Part shown: positions 26,045 to 36,969 of the stretch, piece after piece
Position numbering within the stretch: the stretch's first letter is position 1
Layout: every line of letters begins with the position of its first letter
DNA from: Anthoceros angustus
Lineage: Eukaryota > Plantae > Anthocerotophyta
DNA length: 64,000 bases
Reading direction: 5' to 3'
Assembly: GCA_010909165.1 (NCBI GenBank)
Contig: MU008195.1
Location: forward strand, 1-64,000
Position numbers and translations under genes: made by a program
The notes under the pieces: model-generated
The model's database searches: none
Seen by the model: only the letters and a program-made list of their open reading frames with translations
What the model was told of the DNA's origin: nothing

Positions 26045-27015
26045 GGCGCCCTACCCCGTGTGCGAGCGGCCTCACACACAGACGCGCACAGAGAGGGCCC
26101 GATACCAGAATCTTTTCCACCGTTCCACCTAGCTGGTGAGCTCTAGCATGGTCCCCCGCCCTGGCTGCTCCTCCAAGCTTCAATGCCCTCACATCCAGGC
26201 TGTGAGCTGCTCAGAAACCTCCGCTTTGAGCGCCAACAGCCAGCCGGCTCCACATGCTCTACACTAAACTACGGATCCATCAACTGGAGCAGCATTGCGA
26301 AGGCAATCCAGCCTCTAGCTCCTCATAATCCTGTGCTAGGAAACCCTAGGCCTTCATCTCCGGCAGGCCACAAAACTCGGACCTTCAAACCGCTGGATCT
26401 GACAGGCCCGGAGCGTGCAACCCTGGAGCGCGTGCGAGGAAGGAGGGGCGGGGCGGGCACCAGCAGCAGCCCCAGCAGCATGGCATGCGCGGACGAAAGA
26501 AGAAAAGTGCAGTCGGCGGGGTCCGCAAATTCGAATTGCAGACAACGCACTGTCCCAGTGTTGCAAGGCCGCGTGAAATCCTGATCCAGCCTGTCAGGCG
26601 CCTGCGGGAAATGGCTACTAATTTTCGGAAAGTGTGTTTCGCTGCTTTCTTTTAGCTTTCGGTTAATTCAGATGCGAGTCTCTAAAGCAGAAAGAGAGGC
26701 TGACACAACAAATAACTTGATTGATGTCTACGTAGGCATGTTAGATTTAGGTTTAGGTTTTATATTGTGTCAGGTCTAATTAGGTTAATCCTTTCGCTTT
26801 GTTAGGTTTAGGTTTAAACATTTCATATCTCCTAGCTTTAGAAGTGGCAAGCAAAGAGCACTTCTCATCTCATTGATTTGAAGACTACATAGTGTGTGTG
26901 TCTTCAAGAATGTGTTTCATATGGAGGATGTATTTCTTTGAGCATGATCACAAGAAATATTTACCTCAATATCCTTTCACATGGACTTTGCAAATTGAGA
27001 ACATAAATAAATGAT

Positions 27016-27612
27016 ATGGACTGCTACTTGTCCAAACACAGCTTAGGGTCAAAACGAATTGAACCTACTTGCTGCTGTGCTTTTATTCGATCTCAAACTC
27101 GTTCTCCACCTCCTCCTCCTCCTCCTTCAAGACCTCACTCAGCTTATGCAGCACGAAGATCATTAAGATCTTTGGTCGAAGTATGCAAAAATCTATCAAA
27201 AGCTCTTGATGATGCACGATCTCGTCTCATAACTCATTCAGCCCAAGCATTTCGACCAAGAAGGCCACCCACCAGGAGACCACTTCCCATGAGTGTGTGT
27301 CCAAAGGCAACAGACTCATATACCTGTCGCGTAGCTAACCTTCAAAGTCCCGACGGATGCCAAATTCGCATTTCAAGCCCTGCCGGTGTAAGGGTTGAGA
27401 CTATTTGCAAGAGGAAACATGCATCGGATTTGAGAGCAATAAAACAAAGAGATTGTAGCTTTTCACCATGTTGTTGCTGCCCTCTAAAAAAGAAGTGTTT
27501 AGGAGCACGTTTTGCATCATGCTTGAATGCTCAGATTAATAGATTAAAATCAAAAAGACAAGCTTATGGCTATTATTTACAAGATAGACTTCCTCCATGG
27601 CCAAACTATTGA
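27016..27612 (+). CDS. Orphan basic, Cys/Arg/Pro-rich protein (198 aa, single exon)
   Basis: ATG-started 597-bp ORF, more GC-rich than its very AT-rich flanks. No recognised domain. Confidence 0.5.
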   Translation: MDCYLSKHSLGSKRIEPTCCCAFIRSQTRSPPPPPPPSRPHSAYAARRSLRSLVEVCKNLSKALDDARSRLITHSAQAFRPRRPPTRRPLPMSVCPKATDSYTCRVANLQSPDGCQIRISSPAGVRVETICKRKHASDLRAIKQRDCSFSPCCCCPLKKKCLGARFASCLNAQINRLKSKRQAYGYYLQDRLPPWPNY

Positions 27613-28187
27613 GGCTATTATTATAAATTATTTATTCTAAAATAAAATTGACCTATACTATAATGTATAGCATATAATGGGGGAACGTTGAGGCTTTATA
27701 AATATGTAGAGAAAGGAAATCTCATCTACACAAGGGGATTAATAACATATAATTATATATTAAATTTATATTCCAATAATATATAATAATATATATCTAT
27801 TTATTTTTAACCCAAGAAAACATTTAGGATCACTAGGGCAAAACTTTCATTATATGATCGCTAAAGAAAAACTTTCATTGTAGTTATCATATTATGTTAT
27901 TCTTCCAATATATATATAGTTTAGCATGAGAGATGGTAGTAGAAAAGAAGATTTGTGGTGTGTACTACATTTTGCTTTGATCCTCCATATTAATATTGTG
28001 AACATAATTTACAAACATAATGTTCTTAATCTTAAACATTTCAAGAATACACATGTTATTGGAAAATAGTCGAATGAGTAATACTGAATTACTATTCAAA
28101 ATATTCATCCAAAGCCAAAATGCAAAATGATAGCTGGGTATTCATATAACATTCTGTCAGTCACCTAAAATATAAAAGTATTCCATC

Positions 28188-29725
28188 ATGTCTGCGCAAG
28201 CTACTTCATCGGCAGCAAATGTAGCCAAAAAGGGTGTAGGTCTACTTTTTCAAGCCACAAAAAATACAATAAGTGTTGTATCATCGGGTGTCCAAAAAGC
28301 ACGTCAACAATACGCAAACAAACATGAAGCAGATACACTTAAGGAACTTCAACAAAAGGGGTCACCGGCCGATAATCTTTTCTGGGGTATTACTACCTTG
28401 GAATCTTCTTTTAGCTTGCAAATTTAAAAGATGAGCATTGACATTGCTATATTCTTGAAACTTCTAGCTCAATGATAAGCTTCGCTTTTACTAATTATAA
28501 TCGTACAGCTTTGAAGCGCATTTATTATTTATATATGGCTGGTTATAAACATGAATTAGCAGCTGCAGCACAACAAACTGCAAGAAGATTGGTATGTGAT
28601 AATGAAGATACGTGGAATTTCGCACCATATATGACTCTTCGTTGCAAATTCGGCATCAGCATTATAGAGTGGTTTAATTTCAAAATCTATGAGCACCAGC
28701 TATGTTATCATGTTATGCATTGTGAGAGCTCATTCACCAACCTTGATCATTTTCTTTGCTCTAAAATGAACTCAATTTGTTTTGGACATTATGATGTGGT
28801 TCTTTTGTGCTACATTGATTGACTCATTCATTAATTATCAAATTGGAATTTTAGAGCAGACTGAAAATGAACGATGTAGTGTTCCTTTGGATGCGGTAAT
28901 TGTCACTTCCAATGTGCTGTGTGAGGAATGCCTAAAACATGGGGACTATGAGAAAGGGAAATTTTCACAAAGCATGCAAGATTTTTTGAATAAAACCAGA
29001 CAAGCAAAAGACCACTTTGACAGAGATACACTTGTTCATGATGTTTATTATGCCACATTAAATATTTCAGAGGTAATTTTTATCATTTATATATCTATGG
29101 ATGGTCCAATAAATTCATCTAAATGTTCAAGTAGACTTAAAGTCTATGTGTTCGTCCTTCAATTTTATAAATTTTTTGATTGTTCTATTTTTGTATGTAC
29201 ATTGTATGCAATAAAAAGTGAGAGTGATCTTATTATGTCACCCTTTTATAGACTTATGGATCTGAATGGCAAGAAATGGAACTGGTTCTAAGGGAAAGCG
29301 TTTCAAAATTGATAGAATTTACAAATAACCCAGCTAATCAAGAGGGGAGCGCAGACTCTAGGTTTGTCACACGAATTACTATTTCAATTTAGACTAGATA
29401 TATGCTATTATAAATGTACAAGTAGATAAATATTAATGGTTCAATGTGTGTAGAACGAAGGCTGCAAAATCAGTGTTTAGATTTGCTACGAGTATAAAAC
29501 TTGCTGCTCAAGAGGCTGAACAAAAACGACAAAAACAAGTTAGAGATGCTGAAAGTACTCTTAAGAAAGAACAAGATAGGATGCAAACACGTAAATCAAG
29601 TAAGTTTTTCTTGATTGATTGCATCAAGTTTTATAATTTTGAAATGAAACCCTTTGAAGCTAATGATAGTGAAGTATAACTTATTTAAATCTTGCAAAAA
29701 TATCTCAGTTTCTGACGGAAGCTAA
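28188..29725 (+). CDS. Orphan six-exon gene, ~255 aa, helical with a C-terminal coiled coil
   Basis: Exons 28188-28386, 28509-28591, 28860-29072, 29252-29361, 29454-29599 and 29709-29725. All five introns are GT-AG and phase-consistent, giving a 768-nt ORF ending ISDGS*. Confidence 0.75.
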
Positions 29726-30605
29726 GTAGGAGAAAACAAAATTACTGAAGAAGAAGTAAGGGATGCCAGCCAGCACGGCTAGGGTTCTTAGGAATAATAT
29801 CGTCATTTTCTTCACTTCTCCCTACCATTAGGAGCACTCTGTACTTCTCCCTTACTTTGAGGATCTTTATGTGACGTTCATTTCACGAAAAAATGTCTTT
29901 GTAATGGTGATGTGCTATATTGAAACAAACAGAAAATTATGCTTAAAAAGTAAGAAAGTAGTGTAGAAAGTGAGATTTTGACATGCTTGTTGATTTCTCT
30001 TAGAGCTTGTAGCCTGAACCTCTCTTCATGCTAGTTTCGTACATAGGGCCTGAAACAAAATGCAAAGATTTAGAATGCCATTTTATCATTCTCGTTTGAT
30101 GTGTCAATTGTTGTCATTCGGACGTGGCGATGACCAGCCTGTAGTTTGCACCTATGTTTTTTAGTGGGTACAGCATAACATACTCCGGTGAAGAAAAAAT
30201 GCCAGATTTGCTTCCCATAAATATAAGAACGCCATATGTCATGATATTTTGCACACTGAAGAGTGGAAAACGAGATCAAATTTCCTTTTTTCCGAGGAGC
30301 CACATGGCTTCCTTGTGTGACACGAGTAATGTCACAGCCATAGCCATATGCGGAAGATGGGCGAAAAAAGGGTGCATGTGACATGGCCCAGCATGAAGTT
30401 GTGGTATGTGAGTGTAAGGTCAATTTGGCCATTTGTCTCAAATTTAGAAGCAAAGCAAAGAGATCGAAAAGGCAGTGTGGAAAGGAAAGGTTGGACAACC
30501 TTAGGAGTTCCATTGTGAAGAGCAGTGACACTCAACTTGTGATAGAGTGGAGTAATATCCGCACTGCACAACAGCTGGATGTGGAATAAAAGTGAAATAA
30601 CTAAA

Positions 30606-30657
30606 GCCACATCCATGGTTGGGGTTGAGGGGCCACATCCATGGTTGGGGTTGAGGG
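30606..30657. repeat. 26-bp direct tandem duplication
   Basis: GCCACATCCATGGTTGGGGTTGAGGG x2. Confidence 0.9.
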
Positions 30658-31953
30658 TGGCCCCAGACTAAAACCAAACTCCATAATTTGTAGTGGATAC
30701 AACTCTTCTAGATGTAATTTATAGGTCCTGTGTAAACACTCTTGAAGTGTTGGATAAGCAATAACCTTACTTTGTTGGAAAGGAGTCCAAGTGCATGTGA
30801 TTTTAGGGGTAACATCATAGATAGATAAGATATGCGTGCACACCCCATGCATATGCCGCATTTGGGTCCCGTAGTACACATGGTCACCACGGAGTAGACT
30901 TTGATACCTTTCTTCCCTTGTGGTACTAGTACTTGTACTACCTAGTACTAGTACGAGATAAATGATTTGATTTAAAGATAATTAAAAAATAATTATCATA
31001 ATGTTCCTGCTGATCATACTTGGATAACCCGCCTAAAGTCGTGAGCCCGAGGCGTTGTGTCGGACCTATCTTGAGTGGGGGAAAGCAACGGTGGTGTTGA
31101 ATGACGGGGGATCTTGGCAACAGCGGCATCTCACCTACTTTCCCACAAGATAACGGCGACGCCCATCGTAATGAACAAAGGGGGGGGTGCGGTCCAGGGA
31201 TCGTCTCCAGGGTCACACAAACATCGATTTACACGGGTTGACTTCCCACCCACTGCCACCGGCATCGAACACGAAAGGGCACATTTTGGGCAAAAAACAA
31301 TGTGGGGTCGTGGATCGAGGGGATACACCGCACCCCGGGAAACGCACCTCATCTCCTAATTCGCGATTGACAATTGGCTGAAATAAACACCATCCTACAT
31401 CACTGCAGAAACAGGAGCTATCAATAAAAGGACCTTTATTTTCAGGCATACTATACACATCCAAGGCATCCTTCCCCCACAGCGGCTGGAATGCGTTGTC
31501 CCACCACTCCAAATCAGCGTTAGCAAGGGAGCAACATTGGCTCTAACAAGCAGCCGCATTGGCCGCCCAATCACCTGTGCCTTGGTAGTATTGCCAAGAC
31601 TAAACCTTAAGGACTACACCGTCCAAAAGCTCAGATGCTATCAGATGCAGCTAGGGCTAATCCGTTGTGCATGACATCAATCACCTCACCTACTTTTTCC
31701 TAAACCCAGCTTCAGTCTCCAGCGGCTTCCGAGGAACTATTCCTCCATCACATGCCTGGTGTCAGGGACCTTCCATCAACTGTTGCGCCACACAACTCCT
31801 TTGTCCACCTGCTGCATTTGTGCACGACCATGCATTCCTTGCTTAGACTGGTGGACCCACCTCCACAGACAGACACCAGAGTGGATAGCTAGCTAGCTGC
31901 TGCATGAATGTCACCTCTAACCCCCCTCATACGGTGCCTCTACGCAACTCTGC

Positions 31954-33738
31954 TCACTCACACTTGATAGACCGGTAGATGTGGCGGACAAACAACAACG
32001 ATGCCCTGAATCCTACCGTTCCAAGCATGAGGAAAAAACCGTAGCAGACGCAGGCCATGTAGCCGAAGAAGAAGGAGGTCTGCATAAATCCACTCATGTC
32101 TGACCGGGCGAAGTAGTAGTAGAAGCAGTATCCAAAAATGAACACACCCGTGGAGCCTCCACATAAAACAGACCTCCACCACCACTGGTGATCCTCCACG
32201 GCGAGTTGAAAGTAGGTCAAGGCAATAGTGATAAACGCCGTTACGATGATGAGGATGATGAAGACGATGAACAATATGCTGTAAATGGTGTACACCTTGT
32301 GGCCCCAGACACTGGCGAAGATGTAGTACAGCTCGATGTAGATAGCACTGAAGGGCAAGAATCCAGCCATAGCCATCTGAGGAACGGTCCGCCTGTACCA
32401 AGGCAGCAGAGGGATTTCCCGAGGATACTTGGTGGTGCGGCAGGGAGCTTCAAAATCATTCCTGCTATTCTTACCAACAAGACCTCCCAATACAAGCAGA
32501 GGCGCAGTAACCAGAGTCCAAAGCAGCAGAATGGCAAAGATGGTACCGACGGGTAGCGCAGCCGTGGCGTTGTAGAAGATGGCAACCGTGTTCAAGAAAC
32601 AGAAGGTTAAGAAGAGAGGCCCGCAGAAGAGACAGCCCGTGAGCAGCACGTTCCGCAGCCAGATGGTGCCTTCCAGCTGCTTGTAGAAGGAAGAGGCGGT
32701 GTAACCAGCAATGCCAGACGTGAGAGCATAGATGACGACGAGCGCTGTGTACAAGGCTCCCCTATTGTAAGGATAGAAGACTCCGATAAGCGCCAGGGTG
32801 AAGATAAATATGGCCAAGGCCAGCAGCTGAGTGCCACTCCCGATAACAGCCGCAAAGAGGGACTTGCTGGCCGGAAACCTGAAGACATCGCCATGAATAT
32901 ACTTCCACCCTGTCTCTTCTTGATCATCCACTGGCTCCTCGTCCCGCGAGTACTTGATGAAGTCATTCTTCAGCACCCGCATGAGAATTGTGGCAAGAAA
33001 ACCGGTGAGCAGCAGCACGGTGACGCAGGAGTTGATGATGGAGAACCAGTGGATCTCCAGGTGCTGAGGCAGGAACGAGTACTTGGAATACTTCTCCAGC
33101 CGGCGCTCGAAGGACAAATCCGCTTTTGGCTTCCACTCCACGGAGTAGGAGAACTCCACCTCCAGCTCCCTGTCCTCCGTGATATCCTTGGAGTAGGCCG
33201 GATCTGTGGCCACCCCGATCTCCAGCACCCGGTCGTTGTTGTACGCGATGGTGAAGTGCACATGCGTGAAGAGCGCGCAGGTGCCATTGTCGTCCCGCCT
33301 GCCGACGAAACCCCAGATGGGAAGGTCGTCGTAGTACATCTGGAAGTAGTAGTCGTTCTTCACCGCCTGCCTGAACTGCTGCACATCCTCCTTGCTCAGC
33401 AGCTTCCTGCAAAGAGACTCCTTGGTCTTGTCCTGCAGGAACGGCAGCGAGTAGGCCGCCAGCACCATGCGGTCCCCGTTCAGGACCTCGCCAAGATCCT
33501 CCCGCTTCTCCAGCACCTTGGTGGGGGAGCAGAAGGGCAGATCGAAGTAGCGGTAGGTCTCGCTCGGGTTGTGGTACGGCCCGACCTTGTTGGCGTAGAG
33601 CGGCACCGCGTCCCCCTTGATGTAGCGGTGATCCGCCGCGCTGGCCTGCACCCCGCCCGCATGCATGTGCAGCTGCAGCAGGAGCGCCACCAGCATAGCC
33701 CCCGCCACCGCCATCGCCCGCCTAGCGCACGCCGCCAT
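31954..33738 (-). CDS. TMN: Transmembrane 9 superfamily / EMP70 protein (TMN2-4-like), intronless
   Basis: Signal peptide, LYANKVGP, YFQMYYDDLPIWGFVG, HWFSIINS, EETGWKYIHGDVFR and the C-terminal KxE motif (IKCE). Confidence 0.97.
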   Translation of the reverse strand: MAACARRAMAVAGAMLVALLLQLHMHAGGVQASAADHRYIKGDAVPLYANKVGPYHNPSETYRYFDLPFCSPTKVLEKREDLGEVLNGDRMVLAAYSLPFLQDKTKESLCRKLLSKEDVQQFRQAVKNDYYFQMYYDDLPIWGFVGRRDDNGTCALFTHVHFTIAYNNDRVLEIGVATDPAYSKDITEDRELEVEFSYSVEWKPKADLSFERRLEKYSKYSFLPQHLEIHWFSIINSCVTVLLLTGFLATILMRVLKNDFIKYSRDEEPVDDQEETGWKYIHGDVFRFPASKSLFAAVIGSGTQLLALAIFIFTLALIGVFYPYNRGALYTALVVIYALTSGIAGYTASSFYKQLEGTIWLRNVLLTGCLFCGPLFLTFCFLNTVAIFYNATAALPVGTIFAILLLWTLVTAPLLVLGGLVGKNSRNDFEAPCRTTKYPREIPLLPWYRRTVPQMAMAGFLPFSAIYIELYYIFASVWGHKVYTIYSILFIVFIILIIVTAFITIALTYFQLAVEDHQWWWRSVLCGGSTGVFIFGYCFYYYFARSDMSGFMQTSFFFGYMACVCYGFFLMLGTVGFRASLLFVRHIYRSIKCE

Positions 33739-34074
33739 GGCCGCCGCCGCAGCAGCAGCACAGAAGCTTCACTTCACCGCCGGCGCCGCACGCACACACG
33801 CACACCGCTCGGCGGCAGCTCCCTCCTCGCGCAGCGGCAGCGACAGCAGCAGCAGAAGCTCTTGTCTCCCAAATAGCAAACCTAATGGCCTCCTCACCAG
33901 CCCGGCGCGGAAGTAAGAGAGCCGGAAGCGAGCGAGAAGCACACGAGCTGCACGTTGAGTTCTTGGCGCAAGCGGGAGAGCCTGCAGGGCGGGGCGCGCG
34001 ATGGCAGAGCCGCAGCAGCAGGGCGGGCCGGGCCCGGAGCCGGGGCCCGGGGCGGGCCGCGTATCGAACGCGAC

Positions 34075-36969
34075 TCAGTCGGCGCGAGCTCTGGCGATGG
34101 CGGACGCGGGCGCGGGCGCAGGCGCACGCGAGCTTCCTTCCTGCTCCTGCCGGGTGAGCTGCTCCTCCTTCTCCGCCAGCAGATGACCGTAGAGCTTCAG
34201 CATCTCCAGCTTCTGCGAGTCCCGGGCGCCGCGGTCCGCCAGGCGCTTCACCGACGGCGTCTGCGGCAGAATGTCCACTTGCTCGTAGTTTTTGGAGGTC
34301 CAGCGCTTAGGGATGAGCTCGGCGCGCGGCTGGTTCGGCTCCGTCTGCAGAAACGCGCTCAGGCCTCCTAGCACCGACGCCAGCTGCTCCTCCTCCTCGT
34401 GGATGCTGAAGTTATTCAGGATTCCGCTGATCTCGGTATGCAGGGTGTGCAGCCTCTCCACCTTGGCCTCCGGAGCCTCGCTGCTCGGCACCAGCTTCTC
34501 GTCTATGTAGCCTTTCAGCTCCCGAGACAGCTTCCGCACCAGCCGCCCCGGCAGCGCTGCTCCCGCGCCCGCTCCCGCTCCCGCTCCCGCTCCCTTTGCT
34601 GGTGGAGGAGGAACGAATTTGAAGCCTTCTGCTTCAGAGCTGGAAGAATCCGATTCTGAGCCCTCGTCCTCGCTGCTATCCCTTACTTTCACCTGAGATG
34701 CTGCCGCTGCTTCTGATGTTGCTGCCGACGCTGCCTTGCTTGACAGAGATCTGAATATTTCTTCTGATGTTAGACCTGATGGTGCTCCTACTGCTGCTGC
34801 AGATGCTGCCTTGCCTGACACGGATTTAGAGCTCGGCTTCCTTCTGCTCTCAGGCTCCGATTCCGAGCTGGAACGATGCCTTCCCGCCCTCTTGTCATCC
34901 GCCTCCGTCGTGCCGGCCTCAGCTGGCAGCTTTGTAGCAGAGGAAAATCCAGCTCTCGCAGAAGAAGAAGAGGCTCGAGGAGCTCTCACATCGGCATCGG
35001 CATGTGGTGCATCTCCATCGCTGCTGTCCGATGGCTCCGACTGAGGCCTGGATCTGGCCGACTTGGATCTGGTAGAGGATAGGTCGCGGGACACGGACTT
35101 TCTTGACACGCTGCCTGCTCCTGATTTGAAAGACGAGGGTCTCCCGTACTTCTGATCTCCGTCAGTCGTCGAGTCCTGCTTGCTTGCGTCAGCCCCGGAG
35201 TCTGCTTGTTGTCTGCCATTGCCGGAATCAGAACGGGAAGCCGGCCGCCTGGACGAGCTCAGCTGCCTTGAGACGGCAACACTAGCATCCTCCTCGCCGT
35301 CGGCAGCAGCAGGGGTGACCCTGGGGCGGGACAGGGACCTGGAGCTCGGCCGCCTCGCCACCAGCTTCGGCTCCTCCTCCGAGCTGCTGCTCCCGACCTT
35401 CAAGCCCTTGCCGGAGTGGGAGCGGGAGTTGGAGCGGGAGCGGGAGCTCGGGCGCCTGGCTACCAGCTTCGCCTCGCCATCGCCGTCCGAGACGTCTCTC
35501 ACGTCTCGCACCTCAAGGCCCTTGCCGGAGCTGGAGCGGGAGTTGGAGCGTGAGGAGGACCGGGCGTGGCTTGCCAGGGCCTCTGCCTGCAGCCTGGCGT
35601 CTTCCTCCGTGTCCAGATCCGACTCCGAGTCGTACCTGAAACCCTTGGCGGAATTGGAACGCACGGACCTGGAGGTGGAGATGGAGCGGGCGCCTGGCTA
35701 CCAGCTTCGCCTCGCCATCGCCGTCCGAGACGTCTCTCACGTCTCGCACCTCAAGGCCCTTGCCGGAGCTGGAGCGGGAGTTGGAGCGTGAGGAGGACCG
35801 GGCGTGGCTTGCCAGGGCCTCTGCCTGCAGCCTGGCGTCTTCCTCCGTGTCCAGATCCGACTCCGAGTCGTACCTGAAACCCTTGGCGGAATTGGAACGC
35901 ACGGACCTGGAGGTGGAGATGGAGCGGGCGCGCCTGGCTGCTGCCTCCACCTGAAGCCTGACGTCGGCATCTTCCTGATCCGAAGACGAATCCTTGTCAG
36001 GCTTGAAACTCTTGCCAGAACTGGAGCGCGAAGTTGCGTGCTTGGCGGATCCCTCCTCCTGCAGCCCGGCGTTGGCGTCGGCGTCGGTGTCCAGATCGGC
36101 GTCGCCGTCGTACTTGTACCCCTTGTTGGAATTGGAGCGGGAATTGGGACGCGAATTCTGCCGCGAATTGGAGCGGGAAGATTTGGAGACGGACTTGGAC
36201 AGGGATTTGGACCTGGCGCGTCTCGCAGCTGCTGCCTCTGCTTGGAGCCTGGCGTCCTCCTCCGAATCCAGGTCCGAGTCCGCCTCGTACTTGGAGGATT
36301 TGCCGGAGTTGGAGCTGCGTTGGTTCTTCAATCTGGTGCCGCCGCTTCTTCTCACCGACTCCTCTTCCTCCTCAGCCAGAACCTCCTCAGAATCATCCTT
36401 CCCCACAGCCCGGGCCTCCAGCACCTCCCCTCCCGCTGCTCCCACTTCCCTGGCCCGGCGGCTGCTGGAGTCCTTGTCCGAGCTGCTCTTGCTCTTGAGG
36501 GAGCTCTTCCGGGAGCTCCGCCCCTGCTGACGGGCTCCCGGACTCCTCCGCCACCAGCCTCACCTCCCCTCGTTCCCCAGCCTCCGCAGCATTTCCTCAT
36601 TCCGGAACTTATTCTCGATCCAAGCCTGCCCGCTGTTCTTCACGCTCTGCAGCAAGCCCCACACCCAGCTCGTCTCCTCCCTTGCGGCGGCTTCCGATGC
36701 TCGTTCCAGAAGCCGGTGGAATTGTCGGCTGCCGCAGCATCTCGCCTCCTCCTCCTGCCCTGCCCCTCCCCGTGCGCGTGCGCCGCCGCCCTGTGCTCCA
36801 GAGCCGGCCCGATGCTCACCACCACCACCACGAACACGGCTGTGGAGATGAGCAGCGGCGAGAAGAACCTCACCACCGGGTAGAAGGGCGGCGTGAAGAG
36901 CAGCAGCGACAGGCACGACACCACAGGGTGCCTCCACATCAGACCCAACAAATCGGCGATGAAGGCCAT
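34075..36969 (-). CDS. Ser/Arg/acidic low-complexity repeat protein with an N-terminal membrane anchor; frame interrupted in this sequence
   Basis: Hydrophobic N-terminus (RHPVVSCLSLLLFTPPFYPVVRFFSPLLISTAV), then AWIENKFRNE in another frame, then long ORFs 35513..36445 and 34075..35664 with repeated SxKG..Y....DLD.EEDARLQ modules. The apparent frameshifts fall at G runs and at a 238-bp duplication. Confidence 0.7.
35449..35931. repeat. 238-bp tandem duplication, apparently identical copies
   Basis: 35449-35686 is repeated at 35687-35924, with junction microhomology CGGGCGC. Confidence 0.95.

Noticed and set aside
26745-26818. TTTAGG telomere-like repeats (also CCTAAACCC at ~5632)
   Set aside because: Too few and too degenerate to call an interstitial telomere.
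30903-31360. U2 snRNA-like start (ATACCTTTCT) and telomerase-RNA-like TAGGAGATGAG on the minus strand
   Set aside because: Similarity ends after ~10 nt, with no branch-point pairing region and no telomere template.
32893-33876. Long antisense ORFs over TMN (and over the Ser-rich and PPR genes)
   Set aside because: Expected shadow ORFs of GC-rich coding sequence, with no domain features.
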